Assembly (NCBI GenBank): GCA_951406725.2
Contig: OX597814.1
Coordinates: 207,700,001 to 207,764,000 of the forward strand
DNA from: Octopus vulgaris
Lineage: Eukaryota
DNA length: 64,000 nt
Direction: 5' to 3'
This document shows, in pieces, positions 48,670 through 62,239 of this stretch; position 1 is the stretch's first letter, and each line of letters opens with the position of its first letter. The translations under genes and the position numbers were made by a program. The notes beneath the pieces are model-generated. The model saw only the letters and a program-made list of their open reading frames with translations. It did not search any database and was not told the origin of the DNA.

Positions 48670-50949
48670 TAAGACATACAAAGACACTCTGTAGAATAAA
48701 TTTGTCAAAATGTCAGCACAAAGGAAAAAGAATAAATAATATGTCATCAAAAGAAATTGGTAATATAACGATGAGGAAATTCGTGAATGTGAAAATCAGA
48801 AATACAAGTGTTAAAATACAATTGGACACTGGTACTGATATCACCATTATAAATGTAAAAATGGGGAAATATGTTGGTAAGCTAAAATTAAATCTAAAAA
48901 GGTAGGACATGGTGTTATGGGAAAAAGATATTTTTTCGGTGAGTTCATATGTAATGTAACATTTTGAGGTCAATCAAAAAAGGCAAAGATATATGTCTTA
49001 AAAAGTTCACTTAATCTATTTGGCACAGACTGGATGGAACTATTCAAAGTATGGAATATGTCTGTAAGTGTTTTGTGTGGAAATGGTCAGTTCAGTTGTA
49101 GGTTCAAATGCAGCTGAGGGACTGAAACAAAAATTGCTATGAAACTGAGTGGAACACGTGTATGTATTCCAAAACGAAATGAAAAATTGCCCATAATGAA
49201 AAGTAAACACTTTTCAAAAGAAGATGTTCCATGGTCAAGACTACACATCGATTTTACAGGTCTTTTAAATGGTTCTTACTACTTAGTGGTAGTTGATAGT
49301 TTCTCAAAATGGCCAGGAATTTCTAAGTGTAAAAAACCAACATCGTCAACTGTGATAAATGTTTCACATGAATTGTTTGCAAGGTTTGGCATCCCAGACA
49401 AGATGGTGTCTGACACTGAAAAGCAATTTGAGTGGAGTAAATTTTAAGAATTTTGTGTACCATTCATGGTAGAACAGATAGCTACGGCGCCATACCACCC
49501 CAGATCTAACAGACAAGCAGAGTGCTTTGCTGATACCTTCAAGAAAGCCCTAAGAAAGTTAAATAAGGAAGTCATGGATGAGGTAGCTCTACAACAATTT
49601 TTAAGAGTGTACCATATGGCACCAAATCTGAATACACCAGCAGGTAGCTCACCAGCAGAGCTGATGTTTATCCAAGGAAAGTAAAATCAATCTTTGATAA
49701 ATTGTTACCTAGCAAGAAAAGAAAAAGTGCCAGGGAAGTCATAGCAAGATTCTTTAAAGTTGGTGAAAAGGTGTATATGAGGGCATACAAGAATGGAAAG
49801 CAGAGTTGGGAAGATGGCGTAATTACCAAATGCATAGGTAAAATAATGTATTGGGTAAAAAATAGAAAAAGCATACAAAAGGGACACAGGAACCAACTGA
49901 GAGATTTGTGGAAAGTGAACCAAAGAAGTTGGAGGAACCGATGGAATGGTTGTACGATATGTTCCAAGTACCAATGTCACTGCAGGTGATTGAACCCATG
50001 TGTACAAGTGAAAGGAAATGAAAGCATAGTGTGTCCCTGAAAATGGATACCTAGCTCAAAAAATATTAGATTGTACGAAAAAAAACCCTCAAAAAAGAGA
50101 GGTGGGGTGAATTAAAAAAAATTATTGCCAAATAAAATGGCACTTCCTAATAAAGACTTAAAAGGGGATTCTTTACTGGTTTTGCTAAGTATACTGTATG
50201 CCAAAGTGGGTGTTAGAATAATCCAACATTTTAAGGTTTATAACACAGGATAATTCTTCAAAAGTCCTTTTAGCACTAATATAACTGTTTGCAATGTAGG
50301 TCAGTTGAGCTCAGTTGAATTTCTTAATGTAGTATGTTACAACTTCCCCCATCCATCTTTTATATCTCCCATCTTTTCTTAAAAACCTTTACCCACTGCA
50401 TTCGTTATACCTGACCTTATTGACTACCATGGCTCAGGGATTCCAGAATAGATTGACATTTGATCTGCTGTTAATATTGCTTGCTGCCCAGATGACTCTA
50501 AGCAGTTGAAGTAGGCATGCTTAGCTAACTGAACAGGATTATCTTACATTATGTCATTTTCAGGGTAGTGCTCCCTGAATATGCTCCTTTCGTTTGATAA
50601 CATTTTTCTAAAACATATAAAATAAGCTGTGTATATCAAAAATTATCCTCAACAAAATAGCAAAGATAGTATTAAAATATACATGAAAAGTAATTTTTTT
50701 GTAAAATACAAAACAGAAAATTTTATGTATCAATTGACTGCTAAAAAGACTTGTGAATCACCCTATATCTCAGGGTTTCAATATATAAACAATACTGGAA
50801 TATAAAGTATTTTTGTTACATTTGTAAACACACACGCGCGTGCAACTAAATATATTTCAGCTTAAGATTAAATCTCCAAAAACCTATTCAAGGTACTTGC
50901 AGGGCTTCAAAGCTCTAATCCAGTACATCAGAGAAGTCATATCAACACC

Positions 50950-51235
50950 ATATATATATATATATGTGTGTATATATATATATATATATAAGCAAAGGAG
51001 AGATAGGTAGCTTTACATACATGCACGCACACGTGTACGTATATAATATACATATATAATATATGTGTGTGTGTGTGTGTGTATATGACTATATATGTGT
51101 GTATATGACTATATGACTATATATGTGTGTATATGTGTATGTATATATGTGTGTATATATGTGTGTGTGTATATATGTATACATGTATATATATATATAT
51201 GTATACATGTATATATATATATATATGTATACATG

Positions 51236-51268
<33 letters not shown>

Positions 51269-51395
51269 GTATATATATGTATAGTTAATCCAAACAAGAA
51301 AACACAAAAAAACACAACGCGAGGACGTGGAACAAATATAGTATTATTGGACGCTCATATATATATATATATGTATATATGTATATATGTATATG

Positions 51396-51426
<31 letters not shown>

Positions 51427-51897
51427 ATATGTATGTATATATGTATGTATGTATATATATATGTATATGTATGTATGTATGTATATATGTATGTGTATGT
51501 ATATATGTATGTATGTATATATGTATGTGTATGTATATGTGTATGTATATATGTATGCATGTATATAGGTATATATATATGTATGTATGTATATATATGT
51601 ATGTATGTATGTGTATGTATGTATATATATGTATGTATGTATGTATACATATGTATATATGTATGTATATATATGTGTATATATATATATATTTGTATGT
51701 ATGTATGTATGTGTATGTATGTGTATATATATATATATTTGTATGTATGTATGTATGTGTATGTATGTGTATATATATATATATTTGTATGTATGTATGT
51801 ATGTGTATGTATGTGTATCTATGTTTGTATGTATGTATATGTATGTATGTGTATGTATGTATGTTTGTATGTATGTATGTATATATATATATATATT
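50950..51897. repeat. Large (TA)n/(TATG)n compound microsatellite
   Basis: About 950 nt low complexity, interrupted by the 51283-51357 repeat fragment. Confidence 0.9.
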
Positions 51898-52529
51898 ATA
51901 AAGAGTTTTGTTTGTGGCAACAAACAGCATCTATTATTATATAGTCACACAGTTTGCTGTTGTTGCTATATACATTACATTTTTAAAAAATACCATACTA
52001 AATCACAAGATAACATTGGTTAATTAAGTTACACAAACTGGTTGCAGATCTATGGAAACCCTTCATGAAAACCCATTTGAATTTCTAGCTTATCACATCT
52101 TTCCCTCTCCCATTAGCTTTTATTTGATTAACACCACTCACCTGCAATGTTTTACTTTTAAGTTCTTCATATTCTTCATTTTCTGGCATTAATTGACTCT
52201 ATTTATCTCTTACACTAGTGTAATTATCTATTTTTCCTTTATTCATAATCTTGTAAATGGTGTGTATTTGTGTGTGTGTGTTTACGTGTGTACATGTGTG
52301 TATTGAACTGATCTACTTATAGCTGCTTTGCTCTTGAACCCCTTTTCCGACCTATATTCATCCTTCGATAAATGACTCTCCAAGAGCTCAAACTGACTGT
52401 TAACTCTATTAACTGCATTCAGCTGTCCCCATCCTCCAGCACTGACAAGTTTAATAAGACTATGAGCAGACTATGCTTCCACTTTCAATTAAATCATTAA
52501 CATAAAATAATTTAATAATTTACCATATA

Positions 52530-52695
52530 GGCGCAGGAGCGGCAATGTGGTAAGTAGCTTGCTTACGAACCACATGGTTTTCGGGTTCAGTCCCACTGCG
52601 TGGCACCTTGGGTAAGTGTCTTCTACTATAGCCTCGGGCCGACCAAAACCTTGTGAGTGGATTTGGTAGACGGAAACTGAAAGAAGCCCGTCGTA

Positions 52696-52754
<59 letters not shown>

Positions 52755-52985
52755 GTGTGTGTATGTGCGTGTTTGTGTGTCTGTGTTTGTCCCCCCAACA
52801 TCGCTTAACAACCGATTGTGGTGTGTTTACGTCCCCGTAACTTAGCAGTTCGGCAAAAAGAGACCGATAAAATAAGTACTAGGCTTACAAAGAATAAGTC
52901 CTGGGGCCCGATTTGATCGACTAAAGGCGGTGCTCCATCATGGCCACAGTCATATGACTGAAACAAGTAAAAGAGTAAAAGAGAG
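52530..52985 (+). mobile_element. SINE family A
   Basis: Full-length copy. Confidence 0.85.
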
Positions 52986-53116
52986 TTGTAACTGTGAGCA
53001 ACACATAGCAATATGTTTCTATGAAAATAGGAAGAGGAAATGACAGCAAACTGGATGAGTTGCTAGAGCATTGAGTGTAAATGTGGTACTTATTTCTAGC
53101 TCCTTGCATTCAGCAC

Positions 53117-53361
53117 TCATCATCATCATCGTTTAACGTCCGTTTTCCATGCTAGCATGAGTTGGGTGGTTCAACTGGGGTCTGGGAAGCCAGGAGGCTG
53201 CACCAGGATCCAGTCTGATCTGGCAGTGTTTCTACAGCTGGATGCCCTTCCTAACGCCAACCACTCCGTGAGTGTAGTGGGTGCTTTTTACGTGCCACCT
53301 GCACAGGTGCCAGACAAGGCTGGCAAACGGCCCCGATCGGATGGTGCTTTTTACGTGCCAC
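53117..53361 (-). mobile_element. Retroposon family D
   Basis: Same layout, 5'-truncated. Confidence 0.75.
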
Positions 53362-56300
53362 TTCACTTTTCATTTCACCAGAGTCGATAAATCAAGGAAT
53401 TAGTAGAATTGCCAGGGTGCTTTGCAGTTTTTGTTCTAGCTCTTTGCAATATGTGTTCAAATCTCCCCCTAACCCTACCCTACTTGGGTGACAGACTGAA
53501 TTCTTAACTTGGTTTAATGTCACAATCTGGTTTTTGGGTACCTCCAGCAGAATCCTCTGGTGCAACTATTCAGGCCAATTTGGCAGTTCCTTCTTTCTTT
53601 CTCCACCAGTCTCAGATGCCTTGAAAATAATCACAGGCACACCTTTTCCTTTTGATAAAACAATGACAAAAATAAAAAGACAAAAGAAAAACCAGCTCTC
53701 TGCAGGAAGAAGTCAAATGCACTTTAAATTGGTCTGGTTTTTGTTAAAAAATAAATTTGTGTTTTTTCCTCTCTTTTTTTCTTTATTTTTTCATCCAAAT
53801 AGACAAACAGAAATAATCACCATACCTCACACTTTTACTAGTTTCAGTCATTGTTCTGTGGCCATACTAGAGCATAGGCTGATTGCATCCACTTAAATAA
53901 TTATTAGCCCCCAAGATGACCTTAATTGAGCAGATCTATAATCAAAAGCATTCCTGCTACAACTTTGCCTCATCTTTCTTCCCCTTTTTTTAAAGCATAA
54001 GTGTGTGAACTACACTGTCCAATGTTTCCTTTTTTTTTATGACAGTAGACTGTATGTAAAAGAAGAATTTGGTTGCTATTTTTAGCAGGTTAAGTCGTTA
54101 GCTCCAAACTGGTGATGGTAGTGATAGTTATAGCTCAGCATTCAATCAATTATTTTTCACATTCTAACTTTCTTAACACATTATTTGTTGTGGTTGATAT
54201 GTAAATGTTGTTGTTGCTATGGTTGTTGTTTCGTAAATCCCACCACCACCACCATCCACATCATCATCATCATCATTATTATGTTATAGATAGCTTGAAT
54301 AACATTATGCTTTCAAAACTGTAGCTACTTGGCAGATAACACCAACAACAACAACAAAAAAAAGAAATTGAAAAATTATAAAAATAAAGAAAAAATCTTT
54401 TTTAATAATTAGCTAACGTAGCTATTCTATTTGCTAATCCTGTTGTAAATGAGTTATTATAAATGAAATGAAGCAGATAGATATAATAAAGTGAAGAAGA
54501 AAAAGAAGATGAAGAAATAACAATAACAACAACAACAACAACAACAACAGCAGCAGTTCCACTTGTTTACTTTGAAAGCTGCTTTATTTGGATGATTTCG
54601 TTGTAGTTGAAATTCTAGATGCTGCTAGCTATTTTCAAGCTTTAATGTTTGTTTGTTAATGCATATCCCTAGGTCCACTTTTGATTTTCTAATATCTTCT
54701 ATATTATTAAATGGAGATGGTGGAGTGCTTTGTTTTACACCTGATATTCTTGTTGATAATGTTGGTCTCTGTTTATCTATCTATCTATCTATCTATGTTT
54801 ATTGGTTGGTTTACCTAGCAACAGTATTTCCCTGTAGTGACTTCAGTGACAATGTATTTATAATTGTATTAACTTGCCAAGTATAGCTTTTTCTTTTTTT
54901 TCTTTCTTTTTTTCTTTTTTTTTTTTTTTTTTGCCATGTATATAGATAATAGTAATGACTAAACACTTTGTACTTTTACTGCTTTCAATCATTGGATGTA
55001 GTTGGAGCATAGTTAATTTCATTAACCCCAATACTTATTTTTCTTGATCTTGGAAAAATTCAGAAATGCAAAATAGATCTCGATGGGAATAGAACCTCAC
55101 AACATAACAAATACCCTTTAAAGTCTCCATTGCCCCTATTTCATTTGCATGGCTTGGGTCTACCAAAAGCTGAAGGTACTTCCTCCAGGAACTACTTAAT
55201 TATAGGGTATACTTCTTAACCGCACAGTCATGTTACACTTTTGTCCCTTTGTTTCAGCAAGTATATGCTGCCATTTGATCCGAATAATTGTAGAATAGAA
55301 TTGTCCTTTCCTTCATCATTTTTTCTTTGTATTTTTCATACTTTTCTGTAATACATGATTTTCCTTGTTGAATCAAATCTCAAAACAAGGAAAGCCAAAA
55401 CCTGTTAAGTAAGCAAAATATTAGAAAATGCTCTCTATATATGTGTGTATATACCTTGCTTCCTGGAGGTATATCCAATTGACTGCACTCATAATTCAAA
55501 AGACCAGCCTTGATGCACGTTTGTCTTATTGATTCTGCATGTCTATGATATATTCAACCACTTGCTAATTCAATGATTTAGTTTATCAAACAACTGACAT
55601 ACTCTTTGTCAAAACCAATGGATATTCAATAACTTATATATAAGTTGATGTATGCGTATAGATGTAAACACATACACATGTATAGAGTGAGAGATAATCA
55701 TGTCTCTTTTCTAGAGCAAAACACCTGTCCCTGTCCTGGCATAAAACCCCTCTCTGGAGGAAGCTTCTTTTTGTTTGTCTTGCATGTTATTTGGCAACCT
55801 TCACTTTCTGCCAATGTCATGAAAAAAGGACAACTTGTACACTCTGTAAAAATGGTTGGCATTAGAAAGGTCATCCAGCCATAGGAATCATGACTAAGCA
55901 GATATTGGAGCTGGCTGCAATCCTCCAGTTGGTTGGTTCTTGTCAAACCATCCAGTTTGTGCCAGCATGGAAGATGGATGTTAAACAATGATGATGATAA
56001 ACACACAAACATATCAAGGCATACAAATACAGACATACAATATAATAGCTCCCTATACATGGCATTACTGAAAGAATTACCATGATATTAAAATTTTCAT
56101 TCAGATGTGAATGATATGAAGAATCTTTCAATCCCTTCAGTTTCAAAAGCTTGGCAGAATATGAAAATTCCAATAGTGGGTGGCGTTGTCAGGAAATATA
56201 GTTGGTTGTATGGCAATAGAGATGTTAACCTGACTGCTTTGTGCTTGTGAAGAATGGTTTCAAATTTTAATAAAATCTTTTCTGAAGAACAGAAAAGGGA

Positions 56301-56507
56301 AGATTGGCATGATTGATAAAACAGGGTGCTAACTGTTTTCAAAGGATATAAATAAGAACATTTTGTTGTTGTAAGGTGTTTTGTGTGTGTGAGTGAGAGA
56401 GAAAGTGAGCAAGGAAGTAATTAAAAGCAGAATATAAAATAATTAATGTGTGATAAGGAGCGTAAAAGTAGAGTAATAAATAGAATTTTCAAGATCAGAA
56501 ATGAAAG

Positions 56508-56635
56508 AGGTTGGTTGGTTGGTTGAATGGAAGGATAGTTGGCTGGTTGGTAGGCTGGATGACTGATCGGTTGGCTGGATGGATTGATGGTTGACTGGTT
56601 GAATATATGATTGGTTGGTTGGACAGTTGGATGGA
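56508..56635. repeat. Degenerate (GGTT/GGAT)n tetranucleotide repeat
   Basis: Direct inspection. Confidence 0.7.
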
Positions 56636-57032
56636 GGACTTGTTGTTGAGCAAATCTATGAGGAAAGGGTTTCCAGCCACATCATCATCATGATCATCAT
56701 TTAACATCCGTCTTCCATGCTGGTATGAGTTGGATGATTTGACGGGAACCAGCCAGGTAGAAGACTACACCAGACTACTGTGACTCTTTTGGATTGGTTT
56801 TTATGGCTAAATGCCCTTCTTAACACCAACCACCCCATAGTGGACTAAGTGCTTTTTTACATGGCACCAGCACAGGTGAAGTCAGTTTTGGCATGTTTTT
56901 TACTACTGAATGCCCTTCCAAATGCCAACCACTTCACACTATCCTATTTATTTTTCAGGCATAATGTCTAGATATCCATTCTCTAATTGTGCCCTTCTTT
57001 TCTAAGTCACTAAATAGTATGATTTCAAGAAA

Positions 57033-57405
57033 TGGCCGTGTAGCTTGTAGTTTGCGAACTAACCACATGATTCCAGGTTCAGTCCCACTATGTGGCCCCT
57101 TGGGCAAGTATCTTCTACTATAGCTTCAGGCCAACCAAAGGTTTGTGAGTGGATTTGGTAGATAGAAACTGAAAGAAGCCCATCATGTGTGTGCGTGTAT
57201 GTTTGTGTGTCTGTGTTTGTCCTCCCACCATCGCTTGACAACCAATGCTGGTGTGTTTACATCCCCTTAACATAGCAGTTCAGCAAAAGAGGCCAATAGG
57301 ATAAATACTAGGTTTACAAAGAATAAGTCCTGGGGTCATTTTGTTCAACTACAGACAGTGCTCCAGCATGGCCACAGTCAAATGACTGAAGCAAATAAAA
57401 GAATA
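57033..57405 (+). mobile_element. SINE family A, diverged
   Basis: Head, CORE-like and tail recognisable. Confidence 0.75.
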
Positions 57406-58829
57406 ATTGACTGTTTGAGTATCAGATAGAATGCTTTGCAATATTTGCTCCAGTTCTCTCCACACTGAGTTCAAATCCTGCCAAGGTCATCTTTATCTTT
57501 TGTCCTTCAATGGGTGAGTGGCTGGTGGGGTTAATAAAATAACCAGTTCAGGATAGTGGCTTGGCGGAATAGTTAAAGCATCTGGTAAGATACCTTACAG
57601 TATCTGTTCCAGCTCATTGCAAATGAGTTCAAAATCCATCCTCTTATCATTGACATTCAGAACTGAAAACAGAACCTTCAGGACTTGACTAATAGTGAGA
57701 GGCCTCCACTTTCAGATGGAGTAACAATGTGTTAATTAGAGCAACATCTTGTTGGCATCAATCCAAAAAAAAAAAAAAATTGTAATAATAATAGAAAATT
57801 TTTTAAATAATGGAAAAAAAAAAAGAAAAGCAGCCCTTGCAAAGCAAGATAAATAAAGTGTGATTGAAGGAGTTAATAGGCACTATTTCTAGCTAGACAA
57901 ATGACTACATAGATTTTTCTGTTGTTATAATCAGTGGCAGCATCAATGTTGATGAGACAGAATTGTTTGCTTTGTTGTGATAACTTGCCAAATTTGCCAG
58001 TTGGAATGGTTAAAAAGAGTTTTGTTCTCAATGACCTAATTATTTTCAATGTCACAGTCTTGGGCAGCAGCTATCTGTAATACCAATTGCATGTAAGTAT
58101 TTGCAGATGGATTTGTAGAATGGTTGTGACGTTCTTAACTATTGACTACACTGTAGGTGCTGAAACCTTCTGAAAGCCATTGTGTTGCACCTCTCAGAAG
58201 CGTGAAGCAAAACCCCACATACTGCAGTCTCACTAGATGACAACCTGTCCTGCTTCTATTTTCTAGTTGAGTGGCTTATGGTAAAGGCATAACAGTGATT
58301 TCTGAAAAAGAATACTGGCTATTCCAACAAATATAAAAAAAAAATTGCAACATTGTGTACAATTAGTAATCTTGTTGATCAAAATTTCTCCAAATTTCTA
58401 ATCTGTCAAACCATAATAGTCTTACTGAACCTTCATTGACCCCCATCCCAGTCACACTCTCTGGAAAATAGCATAGTAATGCTTCAGTTTAGTGGAAGAA
58501 ATTATGAACATTTTCTCTCTTACTTTCATGCCTTTATGACATGGGTGAGTTGCTTAATTATGAAAATATTCTTTGTTCCATCTTTACCTGTATGACATGG
58601 GAATGCTGAAATGGGCCTTGACAGTTTTTTTCATGTCATGATGGAGTAGATTAAGGGGACTGTGAGCCAGAGTAATTGAAAGTCTTTGTTGCTTAATGTC
58701 CAGTGAGAGAAGTGAGTTGTGAGGTTGAGTGGAATCTGTGGATGTGCACATGCTACCTTTTAGAACTAAGTTTAAGTAAAGGGTGTATCCTGGAAGGCAG
58801 AGATAAACAGTGATAAGTAACTATCATTT

Positions 58830-59210
58830 ATATTTTACTTGTTTCAGTCATTTGACTGCAGCCATACTGAAGAATTTTTATTTTATTTAATTGAAGAATT
58901 TTTTGTCAAATGAATCAACACCAGTACTTATTTTTTCTTAAGCCTGGTAGTCTATTAGTCTCTTTTGTTGAACCACTAAGTTACAGGGATGCAAACATAC
59001 CAAGATCAGTTGTCAGTTGGTGGTGAAGGACAAACACAGGCACACACACACACACAATGAGTTTCTGTTTTTTCTATCTACCAAATTCATTCACAAGGCT
59101 TTGGTCAGCCCATGGCTATAATAGAAGACACTTGCCCAAGGTACCATACAGTGGGACTGAACATGGAACCATATGGCTGGAAACAAACTTCTTACCACAC
59201 AGCCACGCCT
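58830..59210 (-). mobile_element. SINE family A, diverged
   Basis: Reverse copy with tail TTTTACTTGTTTCAGTCATTTGACTG and head. Confidence 0.7.
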
Positions 59211-59435
59211 AGCATTTAATTTAAATGTTTTCAACCCCTTGAATTTTAGCAATCCCTCTGTTGACTGGCCTCCAAACCATTTTTCAACTCCTTGCACAGT
59301 TTCATTTCTTTTGTATGTAGTGTATTAACTGCTTTGGAAATTGCTGCTGTAGAAGAACCATAAACAGGATTTGCTATTATTTTATATTATTGGTGAAGAG
59401 GGTTGCTTTCGAACTAAAATGAAATGTGTTGCCAC

Positions 59436-59765
59436 ATCATCATCGTTTAGCGTCTGCTTTCCATGCTAGCATGGGTTGGACGGTTCAACTGGGGTCTGGG
59501 AAGCCAGAAGGCGGCACCAGGCCCAGTCTGATCTGGCAGTGTTTCTACGGCTGGATGCCCCCCTTCCTAACGCCAACCACTCCGTGAGTGTAGTGGGTGC
59601 TTTTTACGTGCCACCGGCACGGGGGGGGGCAGGCGAGGCTGGCAACGGCCACGAACGGATGGTGTTTTTTACGTGCCACCGGCACAAGGCCAGTCGGAGC
59701 GGCGCTGGCAACGGCCACATTCGGATGGTTCTCTTACATGCCACCGGCACTGGTATCTCAGCTGC
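59436..59765 (-). mobile_element. Retroposon family D
   Basis: Same layout with three hairpin modules. Confidence 0.75.
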
Positions 59766-62239
59766 AAACAAGAAAATTGAAAAACATACAAAGGAAGTGG
59801 AAAGAGAATGCAATGTCTTATCTACTTACTTATTTGTGTGTGTGTGTGTTTATATTTTATGTTTGATGTTTTTCTTAATTTTACTCCCCACTTCTCACTT
59901 TTATTTGTATTTTGAATATGTGATAAGAGATCAAAAAAGAGTTTAATCGCATGCATGTTTAACAGTAATTGAAAATAAATTGTCGTTTTGATGGTGAGGA
60001 TCGGTCTTAAGAGGTCTCTTGACTCGCTTGAAATAGCAAGCAAATTTCCCTCAAATCTTATCCTATTGTCTTAAAGAAAAGCCTGATAACAATGATTGCT
60101 GTTAGTCCTCGAAACATTATGTGTGAAAACATAATTATGGAATGGTCACTGCCGATATGTCTCTGATAATCATCTGTTCGATCAGAGTGGACTTTGGGGG
60201 CTAAACAGTAACAAGGAAACAAACGGAAAGCCAACAACACAAAACAACCACAAGAAAAACCTAATTTCACAGATTTTTCAAACATGACCTCAGCTTCTTT
60301 AAGACTATTCAATTTCATTCTTTCTTTCTTTCTTTGCAGTTTTAATAGCTTAGAGCTCAAGAGTAAATTTAATTTTAATAAAAAAAAATAATCAAAAAAA
60401 TCCACTAAGTATCTAAATTAGTTTAGCGATGAGCATCGTGTATATGTGCATGCATGTTGCATATGTGCGTGCATGTGGCATGTGGGCATGTGTGCATGCA
60501 TGTGCGCTGTTGCTTGAAGGGACGTGTCATTTAGCTTCAACTTTGTTTTTCCTGTTTTTAGCGTTGCAGATTTTTATTGAATTCAAACCAGTTTTGCATG
60601 ATATCCATGTTAGTTTTTCGTTTTTATTTTATCGGTTTTCTTTTCATTTCACTTCATAATCTTGTTGTTTACATTGTTGTTATGGTGGTGATGGTGGTGG
60701 TGGGTTGACACATAGCTTAAGCAGAAACAAATGAATTATTTTTCAGTTAACAAAAACAAAGGTATAAGACAATAAATAGTTACAGCTCAGTGTGAATGAA
60801 CTAGTGTTTCTCTTGTTGACACTTCAGTGTATTTTCTGTTATGCTGTAAGTATTCTGACAATGCCTACTCAGCACATTAATACAATTAAAGTCTGTGCTT
60901 ATTTTGAATTCTGTATGTACAGAATTTTACATCCCTCACTTTTTACCCTGACCATCAATTTCTACTGCCAAAATGCAGTTGAAAATTTTCCTCATTTTCC
61001 TAATTCTAAAGAAGTAACAATAAGAAACTGCAAGCATACGGCCAGTCCGACAACGCCAATGACCAGTGTAAGTTTGATGTCTCTGTCAACCTTTCTATTT
61101 CAAACAAAGTAATATTTCCCCGTAGCCAAACATGTTTTCATGGAATATTGGAAATGAATAGCTGTCATTTACAACAGTCATGCAATGTCAACACAAGGAG
61201 ATACAAACATACACACACTTCTTTCAGTGTCTAGCTATCAAATCCACTCACAAGGCTTTGGTCAGCCCAGAGCTATAGTAGAGGACACTTGCCAAAGGTG
61301 CCACAAAGGTGGGACTGAACATTAAACCATATGGTTGGGAAGCAATCTTTTTAGCCACACATGCATGTCTGCTCCTATTTGTGTGTCCTTGTGCAATAGA
61401 TGTAAACAAAATCAATGTCACACAAGCAGTGTCATTCATCTGGCTATGGGGAAATATTACTTTGCTTGGAAACAGGCGAGGGTTAGTGACAGGAAGGGCA
61501 CCAAACCGTAGAAGATTTCTCTCAGTGAATTCTGTCAGGTCCATGCCAGTACGGAAAAGTGGTTGTTAGAACTATGACATAGTGTAGGACTATATTATTC
61601 AATTTATCCATTTTTTTTTTACCAGGCTGCATTGTTTCATCTGAAGGATATTTTACTGCTATTTCTAGCTAATCAATTAACTGCAAAAGTCTATGTATAT
61701 CCTTGGGTGAGTGTGTGTGTGTAATAGCATAGAAGATAAGTGGGAAGATTTCATTTGCAAGTCTGAGTAAGCTATGTTTTAAAAAATATCATTGCTACAG
61801 AGATGCTGTGATCATTGAATCATTAAATGGTACATCAGTCACTGTTGGTGCTACTACTACAGACTTCAGCAATACACCCATCTTATAGATATACATGAGT
61901 GAAGGCTGAGATCCACTTAAGCTTTCTTCCTGTTAGATGATGCATGCATAGTTTATAAGGTCCATTAGTTTGCTTTAAAGCATAAGTATCATCAAACTGT
62001 ATACTGAATTAATCACAGGAACCATCCTCTTATAGCTTAATCATCGTCATCAGCTGCAGTCATTAATCAACACTTATGAAAAATCTTCGTTTATAGTAAA
62101 CCAATTGTGGCAAATTTAATATTTTGTAATGACATGAAGAATATATCATTAACTCAGTTCTCACCCCACTTAATATTTATACCCCTATTGACTCTGTAGC
62201 ATGTGTGTTGTTAGTCCCTTTTACTAGTTTCAGCTATTG

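Larger units (their letters stand above)
46695..50245 (+). mobile_element. Degenerate Ty3/Gypsy (Mag-like) LTR retrotransposon lacking RT/RNase H
   Basis: Termini TGTTAT...ATAACA; flanks CAGAA/CAGGA (4/5 TSD); LTR 3' ends 46821-46896 and 50170-50245 match at 65/76; gag (FKYEPDKGVTFKAYYRRYE, CCHC knuckle), protease (IQLDTGTDITII), integrase (PWSRLHIDF..VVVDSFSKWP, PYHPRSNRQAE, SPAELMF); purine tract at 50091-50102; many stops/frameshifts. Confidence 0.88.

Noticed and set aside
51089-52023. Long ORFs rich in Y/I/M/C/V/H/T (also 2753-3530, 16865-17221, 26186-26546)
   Set aside because: Translations of (TA)n/(TG)n microsatellites lacking stops.
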